Shown piece by piece: positions 56,098-64,000 of a DNA stretch of 64,000 bases. The position numbers were made by a program, and so were the translations under genes. This DNA is from a virus. The notes beneath the pieces are model-generated. The model had not been told where the DNA came from and searched no databases. It was given only the letters and a program-made list of their open reading frames with translations. How positions within the stretch are numbered: position 1 is the first letter of the stretch; every line of letters begins with the position of its first letter. Where the stretch lies: positions 14,039 through 78,038 of IMG/VR virus record IMGVR_UViG_3300020446_000006. One strand, 5' to 3'.

Positions 56098-56501
56098 TTT
56101 GTATACATCTCCTCTTGTAGACGGTAAGCTTCTTCTTCCCACGGTAAATTCATATATGTTTCTTTTGTATCATAGATGCCTATATATTCATCACCTTTCC
56201 ATGCCTTGCGAAGACCGTGATCTTTTAAGATACCACGCTCATGCTGTCTTACATGCACCATTTCATGAAAGATAGCTGTCACAAAGTCTTCTTCAATCAA
56301 TCCTCTTTGTATCTCAATTTCATGTTCACCTTTATTCACACAACAGTGATACGCATCTGCATCATCAGGAATATCCGTAATTGTAAAATCAATCAGTAGA
56401 TTTCTTTTACGTGGCATAAGGTATCTTAACGCAAAATAAAATGCATCATGCACCATATTCTGCTCTTTACGAGTACCGCCTGATATACTAAAATTGATCA
56501 T
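56073..56501 (-). CDS. Zinc metallopeptidase-like protein (HExxH)
   Basis: TAIFHEMVHVRQ...Y.NLPWEEEAY. Confidence 0.8.
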   Translation of the reverse strand: MINFSISGGTRKEQNMVHDAFYFALRYLMPRKRNLLIDFTITDIPDDADAYHCCVNKGEHEIEIQRGLIEEDFVTAIFHEMVHVRQHERGILKDHGLRKAWKGDEYIGIYDTKETYMNLPWEEEAYRLQEEMYTKWIQTSTS

Positions 56502-56507
56502 GGATTT

Positions 56508-56537
56508 ATTATATCATACTTTTCAGTAAATGTAAAC
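56508..56537 (-). promoter_or_regulatory. Early sigma70-type promoter (GTTTACA-N17-TATAAT), probably leaderless transcript
   Basis: The -10 box ends 6 nt before the ATG at 56501. Confidence 0.7.
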
Positions 56538-57163
56538 TATTTTTTTGATTCAACTTTAATTTTTACGTTGTCGCCGACTTTAAATTTTAATTGATCGTGT
56601 TTATGATGTAAAATAAATTCTATATGTTGGTGCTTACCGGTGCCATCAAAATCTTTAAACATGTTTTTCCATAATGGCCGCCAATTTTCTGATAGCCTAT
56701 GATTATTCATGTTACCGCGATCAGATTTAATTACAAGATCTGTATAGCTTCGAAGATTAAAATCAAATATAGAATCAAATCCCCATAGATGAATGCGTTC
56801 GGCTTTTAATTTTTCTGCAGCATAGTATGTGGCAAAATGACCACAGTTAAAATCTGTATAATTTACTGCATACTTTGGCTTCTTAATATAGAACTCTTTG
56901 ATTGTTCTTGCAATTTGCATATGAAATGCCGGATTCTTTTCACAATAGATTTTAGGTCGAACGCCACATATCCATTCACCAGGTGGATTTGCCTCTCCTC
57001 TATGTATAGTATTCATCATTTTGAAATCGACAATACATGTGGCATACATATCATTTACTTCAAATGGCGGTACGTTACAGCAGAGTTTTAATCCTTTGCG
57101 TGGCTCTTGTGTATAATATTGTGCACAATCACCGTTACCGATAACATGTACAGTTCTAGGCAT
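56537..57163 (-). CDS. Putative sugar transferase (GT29/Maf-like Rossmann fold)
   Basis: VHVIGNG, CCN, IVD, NCGH.A, IHLWGFDS. Confidence 0.5.
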   Translation of the reverse strand: MPRTVHVIGNGDCAQYYTQEPRKGLKLCCNVPPFEVNDMYATCIVDFKMMNTIHRGEANPPGEWICGVRPKIYCEKNPAFHMQIARTIKEFYIKKPKYAVNYTDFNCGHFATYYAAEKLKAERIHLWGFDSIFDFNLRSYTDLVIKSDRGNMNNHRLSENWRPLWKNMFKDFDGTGKHQHIEFILHHKHDQLKFKVGDNVKIKVESKK

Positions 57164-57827
57164 ACATTTTACTCCGAATCTTTTCTTTACCTTTTGCGCC
57201 AGTGTGGTGCATTACTTTTATTTTACCTTTGTAATTATCGTGATCGGTTTGTAATCTTACGACATTATACTCGTTAGGCAAATCGTTTATAGCATTCAGT
57301 CTCATAATCGGATTTGGTATCATATGATGCAGTACTTCTTGATCTCCAACTTGACCATGCAAACCGCGCTTACATTCTTGTGCCCACATTTTTAGAATGT
57401 TTGGTTTATCTATAAAGCCTACAACTCCTGAATTGTGCCATGTTTCACCGCGTCTTTTTGTCCATGGCTTATCTTCAACCATATTTAATTTGTCTCTTAC
57501 TAACTCATCAAAGATGCCGTCAATGTTTTCTTTAATCTCACAGTCAATATCAATCCACACACACTCTTTTACAGGTGCAAACCACATTGCTTCTGGTTTC
57601 ATAAACCACGTCTTTTGTAATGGAGGTATTTCCATCTTAATTCGAGCCATAAACAAGCCGTTGCCATCAACAAAATTCTTAATACGCTGTGATACGCCAA
57701 AATCTGCAAATACAAACTTTGTTTTGTGTTGATGCTTTGTATAGTTACGAATAAACCATTCAAGCATCCATTCATTTTCTTTATCGCAGCCAATTAGAAA
57801 TGCTCTTGGAAATATTTTTCTAGACAT
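57156..57827 (-). CDS. GT-A glycosyltransferase (GT8-like)
   Basis: WFMKP, WIDIDCEI (DxD), NSGVV, GDQEVL, YN, HHTG; probable start MSRKIF. Confidence 0.72.
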   Translation of the reverse strand: MSRKIFPRAFLIGCDKENEWMLEWFIRNYTKHQHKTKFVFADFGVSQRIKNFVDGNGLFMARIKMEIPPLQKTWFMKPEAMWFAPVKECVWIDIDCEIKENIDGIFDELVRDKLNMVEDKPWTKRRGETWHNSGVVGFIDKPNILKMWAQECKRGLHGQVGDQEVLHHMIPNPIMRLNAINDLPNEYNVVRLQTDHDNYKGKIKVMHHTGAKGKEKIRSKMYA

Positions 57828-58470
57828 ATTCAATCCTATATGTATCATTATATTGATGCTTTGCAGCACAACCTTGAGGACTCTGAATTGTAGTAAAGTT
57901 ATCTTTTGCCTCTGCGACCCACGGGTAAAGCTCTTGTAGCCAAGGGAAGTTTTGAATATTTAAGAATACATCGGTCGGTCTTGCATTTACTTGTGCCTGT
58001 TCCATTAATGCCCACGCACCAGACGGTTTCAGCATATATGCATGTGCACCGCCGAAATATTCTTTTTGTGTAAGAGGATTGACACCAAATAAAGAAGGTG
58101 TATTATATTTTCCGTATGATGGTTTACCTATAGTCATACAATGCATAAAGTTAAGATTTGCCGGCAAGGAGTTTACGATTACTGCATCGTGTTCAAGAAT
58201 CAGAAATGTTTCGTTATGAAATGCACACTTTTCCCATAAAGAATAGTGAGATAAAAAAGCAGACTGACAGTTTGGTAAACGAGAATATACTTCATCAAAT
58301 CCAATTGGATTAATATTTTTCTCTTTTAATAAAAGATCTGGTTTATCTTTTGGTGTAATTGCCGTATGCATCTCAATATCGATGCCATAGGTTTTTCCAG
58401 ACTTGATACAGCGTTTTGCAGCTTGTACTGATCTTTCATTATCTTCAATTGTAATCACGTAGCCTTGCAT
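57820..58470 (-). CDS. Glycosyltransferase family 25
   Basis: YVITI, AFLSHYSLW, LILEHDA, GAHAYML.P..A..L, PTD. Confidence 0.82.
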   Translation of the reverse strand: MQGYVITIEDNERSVQAAKRCIKSGKTYGIDIEMHTAITPKDKPDLLLKEKNINPIGFDEVYSRLPNCQSAFLSHYSLWEKCAFHNETFLILEHDAVIVNSLPANLNFMHCMTIGKPSYGKYNTPSLFGVNPLTQKEYFGGAHAYMLKPSGAWALMEQAQVNARPTDVFLNIQNFPWLQELYPWVAEAKDNFTTIQSPQGCAAKHQYNDTYRIEYV

Positions 58471-58473
58471 AAT

Positions 58474-59169
58474 CTATCCTGTAGTTGTTGACGGCAATCC
58501 TTGTACTTTAGTATAAAACCTTCGTGTAACACCCATGTTCGGTATAATTTGCTTACACATAAGTGCGTCATTCGGCCATGCACCGTATTTCTTTGCGGCT
58601 TCAATAACGTTCCTTGCTCCGTTAGGTTTTATTATATATGCACTGTTTCCGGCAAGACCTTGAGGAATATTAAACTCATCGATATCAGGTACTGGCTGTA
58701 TCTCCTGTGTTCGGTCTTTCACCATATCATAAAATCTTTGTGCTCTACGAGTCGCCATTAAAGGGTTATTTATCCCTATTATATCATACTTTGAATCAAA
58801 AAGATACTGATAATCTAACTTATGTACAAATAAAGCATCATGTTCGAGTACTAGAATTGGCTGATCTTTTTTAATGCATTCGTGCCATAAACGATAGTGA
58901 CTCATAAAACATGCGATGCGTCTTTCTTTATGTGCAGTTGTATATGAACTTAGCGTTAACCCTGTAGCAAAATCAATTGACTGACCTTCCCACGGATAAG
59001 TCCATTTAAGCCCACAGCCACGCATCGTAACTTCTGCAATATCAGCAGTAGTTGCTTCATGCATTTCTATGTCAAATCGATTGCCGACTTTTTTAGAAGA
59101 TTGAACAAGTGTATCATAACCTCGTACCGATACATTGTTACCTTTGATAGTAATTGCACGTGCGATCAT
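58474..59169 (-). CDS. Glycosyltransferase family 25
   Basis: ACFMSHYRLW, LVLEHDA, GNSAYIIKP.GA, WPND. Confidence 0.82.
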   Translation of the reverse strand: MIARAITIKGNNVSVRGYDTLVQSSKKVGNRFDIEMHEATTADIAEVTMRGCGLKWTYPWEGQSIDFATGLTLSSYTTAHKERRIACFMSHYRLWHECIKKDQPILVLEHDALFVHKLDYQYLFDSKYDIIGINNPLMATRRAQRFYDMVKDRTQEIQPVPDIDEFNIPQGLAGNSAYIIKPNGARNVIEAAKKYGAWPNDALMCKQIIPNMGVTRRFYTKVQGLPSTTTG

Positions 59170-59738
59170 TTGCCTTCAGCATTTAGTCTTAAAAATTTCT
59201 TATGTTGATGCATTCTGAAGATGTAGACATTATCGCCGAACTTATCGATAAGGTAGTCTCTCATCTCTTCTTCTCTTTCAATATCAAATCCATCTAACTT
59301 ATGACCATGAAATTCCATGTACAGTTCATTGACCCAGTCAAGTACGCCTTCTGCTTTAAGATGGTCTATAAGATCATATTCACCACCTTCAATATCTATG
59401 AGTAGAATAATGTTATCATCTGCATTCGAATTCTCTCTCATGTATTTTGCAAAATCTACAACTTCTGTGCCTTCAACATTTTTACGGCTTACACCTGTTT
59501 TTTCTGGAAGAAGAGATACGCCGTTAGGGTTTGCGCCCTTATAAAAGTTTGCCATACCATCGTATGAACCTGCTGCAGCGTTTACAAGAGTCACTTCAGG
59601 ATATAGTATCTTAATTGTTGCAGATCTATCTTTTTGGATTTCAAATGCATGCACCTGCCAGTCTTCTTTAGGATACATGTTATAAAAGAGTTTAATATCT
59701 GTGCCAGTACCTGCACCTAAATCATAAAATATATTCAT
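59166..59738 (-). CDS. FkbM-family methyltransferase
   Basis: FYDLGAGTG, AFE, NAAAG, LLIDIEGGEY, MEFH. Confidence 0.85.
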   Translation of the reverse strand: MNIFYDLGAGTGTDIKLFYNMYPKEDWQVHAFEIQKDRSATIKILYPEVTLVNAAAGSYDGMANFYKGANPNGVSLLPEKTGVSRKNVEGTEVVDFAKYMRENSNADDNIILLIDIEGGEYDLIDHLKAEGVLDWVNELYMEFHGHKLDGFDIEREEEMRDYLIDKFGDNVYIFRMHQHKKFLRLNAEGK

Positions 59739-60298
59739 TGCTTTCGACCTATCACGGTGTATCCGACATTATCAGTAAAGTCTTCTACAATATTCCATTC
59801 GGCATTGTTTGATACAAATTCATTAACGGCCTGTTTTAATTCAGGCTTTGCAGCCGTGTCGTGGAATATAATGTATTTTTGTACAGACTCTGCATGCAGC
59901 TTTAATTCTTTTCTACAGTGCTGATAAGTATGTTTTGAATCAATAAGAAGAACGTCAACATCGTTTACAGTTCTTTTATGTGTTGAGTCAGACTCTATTA
60001 CATTTAATTCTATACTATTGTTTTTGCAATAAGCCTCGAAAACTGTTCGACTTGGTTCAAACCTATAATGACTACGATCAACGAGAGTTACAGTCTTAAA
60101 TCCTGCTTTGCATGCTGCAGCGGCTGTGGCACCTTGATGAGTGCCGAGTTCTTTATAACTTGTGCATCCTTCAGCATATTTTGTAATCGCATCATGGTGA
60201 GCACAGTATGCCTTTCCATGATACTCTTCTTGCTGCTTTCGAATCGATTTGTAGAAATCATTGAGTGTGTAAATATTCTCTAAAAGAGCTGTCAGCAT
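59735..60298 (-). CDS. Class I SAM-dependent methyltransferase (Methyltransf_24-like)
   Basis: ELGTHQGAT, LVD, DVLLIDSKHTY, IIFHDT; probable start MLTALL. Confidence 0.8.
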   Translation of the reverse strand: MLTALLENIYTLNDFYKSIRKQQEEYHGKAYCAHHDAITKYAEGCTSYKELGTHQGATAAAACKAGFKTVTLVDRSHYRFEPSRTVFEAYCKNNSIELNVIESDSTHKRTVNDVDVLLIDSKHTYQHCRKELKLHAESVQKYIIFHDTAAKPELKQAVNEFVSNNAEWNIVEDFTDNVGYTVIGRKQ

Positions 60299-60981
60299 TA
60301 TGTACTCCAAGTATTCTTTGTAGCACCAGTATCAAAATCAAATCCAAATGTTTCGATGTCGTCTTTATACCAGTCCGCGACAATTTGTATTGTCTCAGAA
60401 TTATATATGTCTTTGTAAGTACCTTCGTTGAGAGCAGTTACATTACGAGCTCTTGACATTTCGGGTATTTTAAAATAATTACATAACTCTCGATTTAGAT
60501 CTTCAAATCTTAAAATGTCAGGTTGTAGAGTGCCTTTCTCATCAATTAGATATTCACGTTGATTATACCATCCACGAATAGCACGATGCCACATATATTC
60601 CATGCCACCCCACTGATGTCTTTCTTCTAAGAAATGTTCGAATGAATCGATTTGATGTTTACCTACAGGTTCTTTCTTCTCAACCTCAATTACTTTCTTT
60701 GCAAAGAAGTAGCGTGATACAACACGATCCCATGGATTACGCACAACAGCAAATGAACCGTGTCCCTCTACAATAGAGCGATTGCAGTCTCTCCATCTTG
60801 CATGTTCAAACCCGTGATGGTCACCGATTTTATTCATATGGTTGAGAACTGCTTTTGTATATGCAGGTCCTTTATGAACATCAGGACCGGCAGCCATAAT
60901 TTTGTTTGCAAGCTGTGGACTTCTTCTGATTGTCATACCTGCATTTTTAGGTATGTGAATAAAAACTTTTCTAAGAAACAT
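60298..60981 (-). CDS. Sulfotransferase (family 2)
   Basis: 5'-PSB FIHIPKNAGMTI, 3'-PB VVRNPWDRVVSRY, RFEDL, Y.DD...FG.DF. Confidence 0.88.
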   Translation of the reverse strand: MFLRKVFIHIPKNAGMTIRRSPQLANKIMAAGPDVHKGPAYTKAVLNHMNKIGDHHGFEHARWRDCNRSIVEGHGSFAVVRNPWDRVVSRYFFAKKVIEVEKKEPVGKHQIDSFEHFLEERHQWGGMEYMWHRAIRGWYNQREYLIDEKGTLQPDILRFEDLNRELCNYFKIPEMSRARNVTALNEGTYKDIYNSETIQIVADWYKDDIETFGFDFDTGATKNTWST

Positions 60982-61756
60982 GTTCCATTAATTCCTCTAC
61001 ATTTTCACCACGTTTCGGTAATTTATCTTTTAGAAAGAAATGTACGAAATGTGCATCTTTTATTTTTTCATCGGGTATTGCAGTAAAGAGTGCATTCCAT
61101 TTCCATTTAAGATCTTGACATGTCATACCTTCGTTCTTTACCCAGTAATTCAATAGAGTTTGATCTGTTGACCATTTCCATGGACCCATACCATCTACAA
61201 ACGGTTTAAATTCTGGTCTCTGAATAAAGTCTTTACCTGAGTCACCACGAAGATACTTCGTAATAGACTTATTCATCATCATTAATCCCATATTGTAGAA
61301 ATGTGCACCACGCTGATCCCAGTACCAGTTAATCTTATTGAGTATATTGTACTGCATACGGGTATAGTTGAAAAGTTTCTTCTCGTACCACGGTAGGATT
61401 GGCGCAGATCTTTCTACAACACCAGCAAAGTGCGCTTCTGGTTTGATCTCGTTAAAAATGTTTGGAGACCCGGGTCTGATCCAGATATCTGCATCTACAA
61501 TACAAATCTGATCATATCGATCCCAGTAGTCGAATGCATTTTCTTTTTCATAGATAGGCAAGAAGCCACCGTATTTTTCGTATGACTCCTTGCTTCTATT
61601 CGTAGTGAAAATATCAGGTTTGATTTTCATTATAGGTTCACGCTGTACAACGTGATCTATATTGTGTTCCTTACAATACTCTCGAACCGAACTTGTACAA
61701 TGATCATATAATTTAGAAGGACTACCAGTGTAGACCTGATATATCAAGCGTTTCAT
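60971..61756 (-). CDS. GT-A glycosyltransferase (GT8/GT34-like)
   Basis: YCKEH.IDH, IYEK, IVDADI (DxD), YNMG, TDQTLLNYW, WN, FVHFF. Confidence 0.75.
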   Translation of the reverse strand: MKRLIYQVYTGSPSKLYDHCTSSVREYCKEHNIDHVVQREPIMKIKPDIFTTNRSKESYEKYGGFLPIYEKENAFDYWDRYDQICIVDADIWIRPGSPNIFNEIKPEAHFAGVVERSAPILPWYEKKLFNYTRMQYNILNKINWYWDQRGAHFYNMGLMMMNKSITKYLRGDSGKDFIQRPEFKPFVDGMGPWKWSTDQTLLNYWVKNEGMTCQDLKWKWNALFTAIPDEKIKDAHFVHFFLKDKLPKRGENVEELMEHVS

Positions 61757-62085
61757 TATTTTCCTTTTGTATAAGCAGTTGCTCCAAAAAATGCTGCAAC
61801 CAAAGCAGAAATAGCTACAAAGTAAGTAGGCGCAATATCGGCAATCAAGTTTGCTGCCATATCATAACCAAGCATGGCTGTAACTAATATGCCACTTGGA
61901 TATAATAACATACCCCATAATGCAAACCACGCCATACGACGGATTTGATCTTCTTTCTTATCTTCGTTTTCTGCTCTCATCATTTCCTTTTCAAGTTCAA
62001 ATTCTTCGTCACTTACGACGCCATCACCATCTTTATCAAAGTGTTCATAATGACTCCCGGGCTCTAATTTCTTCTGCGCAGCCAT
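61756..62085 (-). CDS. EF-hand-containing two-TM membrane protein (possible holin-like)
   Basis: DKDGDGVVSDEE EF-hand loop followed by two hydrophobic helices; probable start MAAQKK after AAGGAG. Confidence 0.6.
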   Translation of the reverse strand: MAAQKKLEPGSHYEHFDKDGDGVVSDEEFELEKEMMRAENEDKKEDQIRRMAWFALWGMLLYPSGILVTAMLGYDMAANLIADIAPTYFVAISALVAAFFGATAYTKGK

Positions 62086-62266
62086 CTGCGTACTCCTTAA
62101 TAGCCTTTGCAATTTCCATTGCTTCGTTAAAACCATTACGAAGTGAATTGGACCGATGTCCATTTTCAATGAACCATTCAATAGTATCTATACAAGATCC
62201 CTCAGGCATATTGAAATCTTTTGTGGTCTCTTCAAACTCTGTGCGCAAAAGTAACGTGTTGATCAT
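62045..62266 (-). CDS. Hypothetical protein
   Basis: 73 aa, coupled, AAGGAG RBS. Confidence 0.6.
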   Translation of the reverse strand: MINTLLLRTEFEETTKDFNMPEGSCIDTIEWFIENGHRSNSLRNGFNEAMEIAKAIKEYADGCAEEIRARESL

Positions 62267-62799
62267 TCATATCTCTCCTTCATTGCTTCAAGTAATTCCC
62301 ATTCTAGATATTCGATATCGTCTTCATTACACTGAAAGCGTATACCGATACCACCAGCATCTTTCCAAGCCTTGATGTTTTGTGGTTTATCATCAATCAG
62401 AATATTTGGAAGATTGTCTGTACCTGTCCAGACGTGCTTATGTTTGTTTGCAGTAAAGATGCAGTTATCAACATCAGCAGGCATCATACCCCATTTATTA
62501 AGCCAGTTACGCTTGTGATAGGCTGAATTATATTCATCACCTCTAAGTGGAGAAGAGCAGATACCCCAATCGATACCATTATCTTGTGCAACCAACTTTA
62601 CGAGGTTGTGAACTGCAATTGATTCTGATCTGCGATCTTGTTCGCCGAATACAGGAAGAGTGGCAAAGAAGTCTGTACCTTTAAGTTCGGCAAAGACAAC
62701 ATCTTTAAAGTTCAGACTTTTCCAGTGATCTACACCGAATTGCCTTTCAATGCCACCGAAGAAATCAGCTAGCACGCCATCCATATCTAAAAAAATCAT
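62263..62799 (-). CDS. HAD-family 5'(3')-nucleotidase-like protein
   Basis: FLDMDGVLADF, CSSP, K..W, ILIDD...NI..W..AGG.GI. Confidence 0.88.
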   Translation of the reverse strand: MIFLDMDGVLADFFGGIERQFGVDHWKSLNFKDVVFAELKGTDFFATLPVFGEQDRRSESIAVHNLVKLVAQDNGIDWGICSSPLRGDEYNSAYHKRNWLNKWGMMPADVDNCIFTANKHKHVWTGTDNLPNILIDDKPQNIKAWKDAGGIGIRFQCNEDDIEYLEWELLEAMKERYE

Positions 62800-63002
62800 T
62801 TAACCCACCTTTCACCATTAATGCCTGACCAACGATAACCTTGGTCTCTTTTCCAGACTTCATATGCTTGGATATGGCGAAGAGTTTCGTTTTCAACTTT
62901 CATAGTACCATCTGATTCGTACATATCGATAAGTTGCCTAAAAGTAAGACCGTAAAAATCAGCACGTTTATGTAAAATAGTCATAGCACCTTTGATACGC
63001 AT
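62796..63002 (-). CDS. Hypothetical early protein
   Basis: 68 aa, coupled. Confidence 0.6.
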   Translation of the reverse strand: MRIKGAMTILHKRADFYGLTFRQLIDMYESDGTMKVENETLRHIQAYEVWKRDQGYRWSGINGERWVK

Positions 63003-63187
63003 TATGCAATCTCCTTCATATCTTCTTGAATTTCATCGTATGCTCTAACAGCGGCGATAAAGCATGCTTTACCAATTCCACTGCCTGGATATAAGTGCGC
63101 AGCAATTTCAACAAACTGTTGACGTGGTATGTTATAGTATGTGCAAGCTACTTCTTGCGCTTCTAAGATTAAGACTTCAGTATTCAT
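63002..63187 (-). CDS. Hypothetical early protein
   Basis: 61 aa, AAGGAG RBS behind an early promoter. Confidence 0.65.
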   Translation of the reverse strand: MNTEVLILEAQEVACTYYNIPRQQFVEIAAHLYPGSGIGKACFIAAVRAYDEIQEDMKEIA

Positions 63188-63210
63188 AATTTAGCTCCTT
63201 CTATAGTACT

Positions 63211-63240
63211 ATTATATCATACTTTTGAAGGATTGTACAC
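63211..63240 (-). promoter_or_regulatory. Early sigma70-type promoter (GTGTACA-N17-TATAAT)
   Basis: Near-identical to 55861..55890. Confidence 0.8.
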
Positions 63241-63252
63241 AGTTTTTTTCAC

Positions 63253-63930
63253 TTAATGTGAAAAAAGTTTGCGTCTATCATATTCTTTTTTGGTATCTAT
63301 GAGGAGTTTTGTCCAGTTATCTCGATGTTCTTTAAATACAAGAGGTTCATTATCATCAACATCCATTACGATAACTGTATTGGTGATTGGCATGCCCGTA
63401 CGTTCTTCAAACATGATCGCGTAAGCAGACATCTGAGCAAAGTAGTTCGATATATTCTCTTTTTTCTTGACCCTTTTCGAAGTCTTGAAATCAACGATCG
63501 ACGGTACACCATCAAATTCGGCTACACAATCACAGCGACCAGCCAAACCAAGATGGCGACTAAAAAGAGCAACTTCGAGGCCAAAGATTTTTCCGATAGA
63601 CTTATCAAGAATTGGCCGCAGGTTTTGTAGACTTTGCTTAATATGTGGGAGATAGTCGTCTGTAGGTTCATTTTTTAAGTATCCTTCGATAATGCTATGT
63701 ACAGCAGTACCGCGATTAGAAGCTCGATGCCCAACCTTATTCGCTTCTTCTTCTCCGACTCGAAGTCTCCAGGCCCTGATGGCATCTTCGCTTAAAATAC
63801 TGAGTACTGTTGTAACACTAGGAAAACGAGAACCGTCAGGAGCAACATATACCCTACCAGTCTCGCCCGTGTCTGCAACCAAATCTTCGTATCCGATATC
63901 AATCTTTTCATGCTCAAATACCTTTTTCAT
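63253..63930 (-). CDS. PD-(D/E)XK exonuclease (Cas4/RecB-like, T4-like phage type)
   Basis: PSVTTVL, W..RVG.EEA, RGT.VH, E..L, AGRCDC, IVDFKTS, Y..Q..AYA. Confidence 0.9.
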   Translation of the reverse strand: MKKVFEHEKIDIGYEDLVADTGETGRVYVAPDGSRFPSVTTVLSILSEDAIRAWRLRVGEEEANKVGHRASNRGTAVHSIIEGYLKNEPTDDYLPHIKQSLQNLRPILDKSIGKIFGLEVALFSRHLGLAGRCDCVAEFDGVPSIVDFKTSKRVKKKENISNYFAQMSAYAIMFEERTGMPITNTVIVMDVDDNEPLVFKEHRDNWTKLLIDTKKEYDRRKLFSH

Positions 63931-64000
63931 TTAGTACGGTCCTTATCAGTTCATTATCTAAGCTTTCTTCAGGAATGCAGAACATATTACCCCATTCCCT
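63914..64000 (-). CDS. 3' end of an upstream ORF (truncated by the window end)
   Basis: Open frame REWGNMFCIPEESLDNELIRTVLNEKGI* overlapping the nuclease start. Confidence 0.4.
   Translation of the reverse strand, partial: REWGNMFCIPEESLDNELIRTVLNEKGI

Noticed and set aside
63253-63930. Cas4-like nuclease as part of a CRISPR system
   Set aside because: No repeat-spacer array or other cas genes are seen; this is a common stand-alone T4-like phage exonuclease.
1069-63934. Numerous 60-160 aa ORFs antisense to or nested in the main genes (e.g. 1382..1693, 16684..17172, 42612..43061, 49479..49922, 61896..62375)
   Set aside because: They are shadow ORFs of well-supported genes, with no RBS, promoter or recognisable motifs.

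Overview
This window is a 64 kb segment of a T4-like (Tevenvirinae/Kyanoviridae-type, probably marine or aquatic) myovirus genome. About 1-46.5 kb is the neck, tail-fibre and baseplate module on the minus strand: gp15, gp14, gp13, large fibre proteins, a split DUF4815/VrlC-like protein, gp8, gp9/10-like, gp7-like, gp6, gp25, a gp5 split into parts, gp27-like, gp53 and gp48. It is interrupted at 13.8-23.6 kb by an inverted 12-gene enzyme cassette (3 nitroreductase-fold proteins, DegT aminotransferase, radical SAM, SGNH, carbamoyltransferase, methyltransferase, several glycosyltransferases). Next come gp4, gp2, gp54-like, gp26, gp51-like and a tape-measure-like gene on the plus strand. The rest is on the minus strand: gp32, gp33, a tRNA-Gly, small early genes behind repeated sigma70-type promoters, a second glycan-modification cluster (GT25 x2, GT8-like x2, sulfotransferase, methyltransferases), a HAD nucleotidase and a PD-(D/E)XK nuclease. 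The most notable signals are: (1) strong enrichment of an Asp-Ser (DS-x) motif in outer virion proteins only, next to phage glycosylation/modification enzymes, suggesting a sequon-directed virion-decoration system; (2) a likely -1 programmed frameshift fusing gp26 to a start-less gp51-like ORF just before the tape measure gene; (3) a structured non-coding region at 54.9-55.2 kb with anti-Shine-Dalgarno loops. Gene calls rest on recognised motifs and synteny, not database searches, and all counts are manual.
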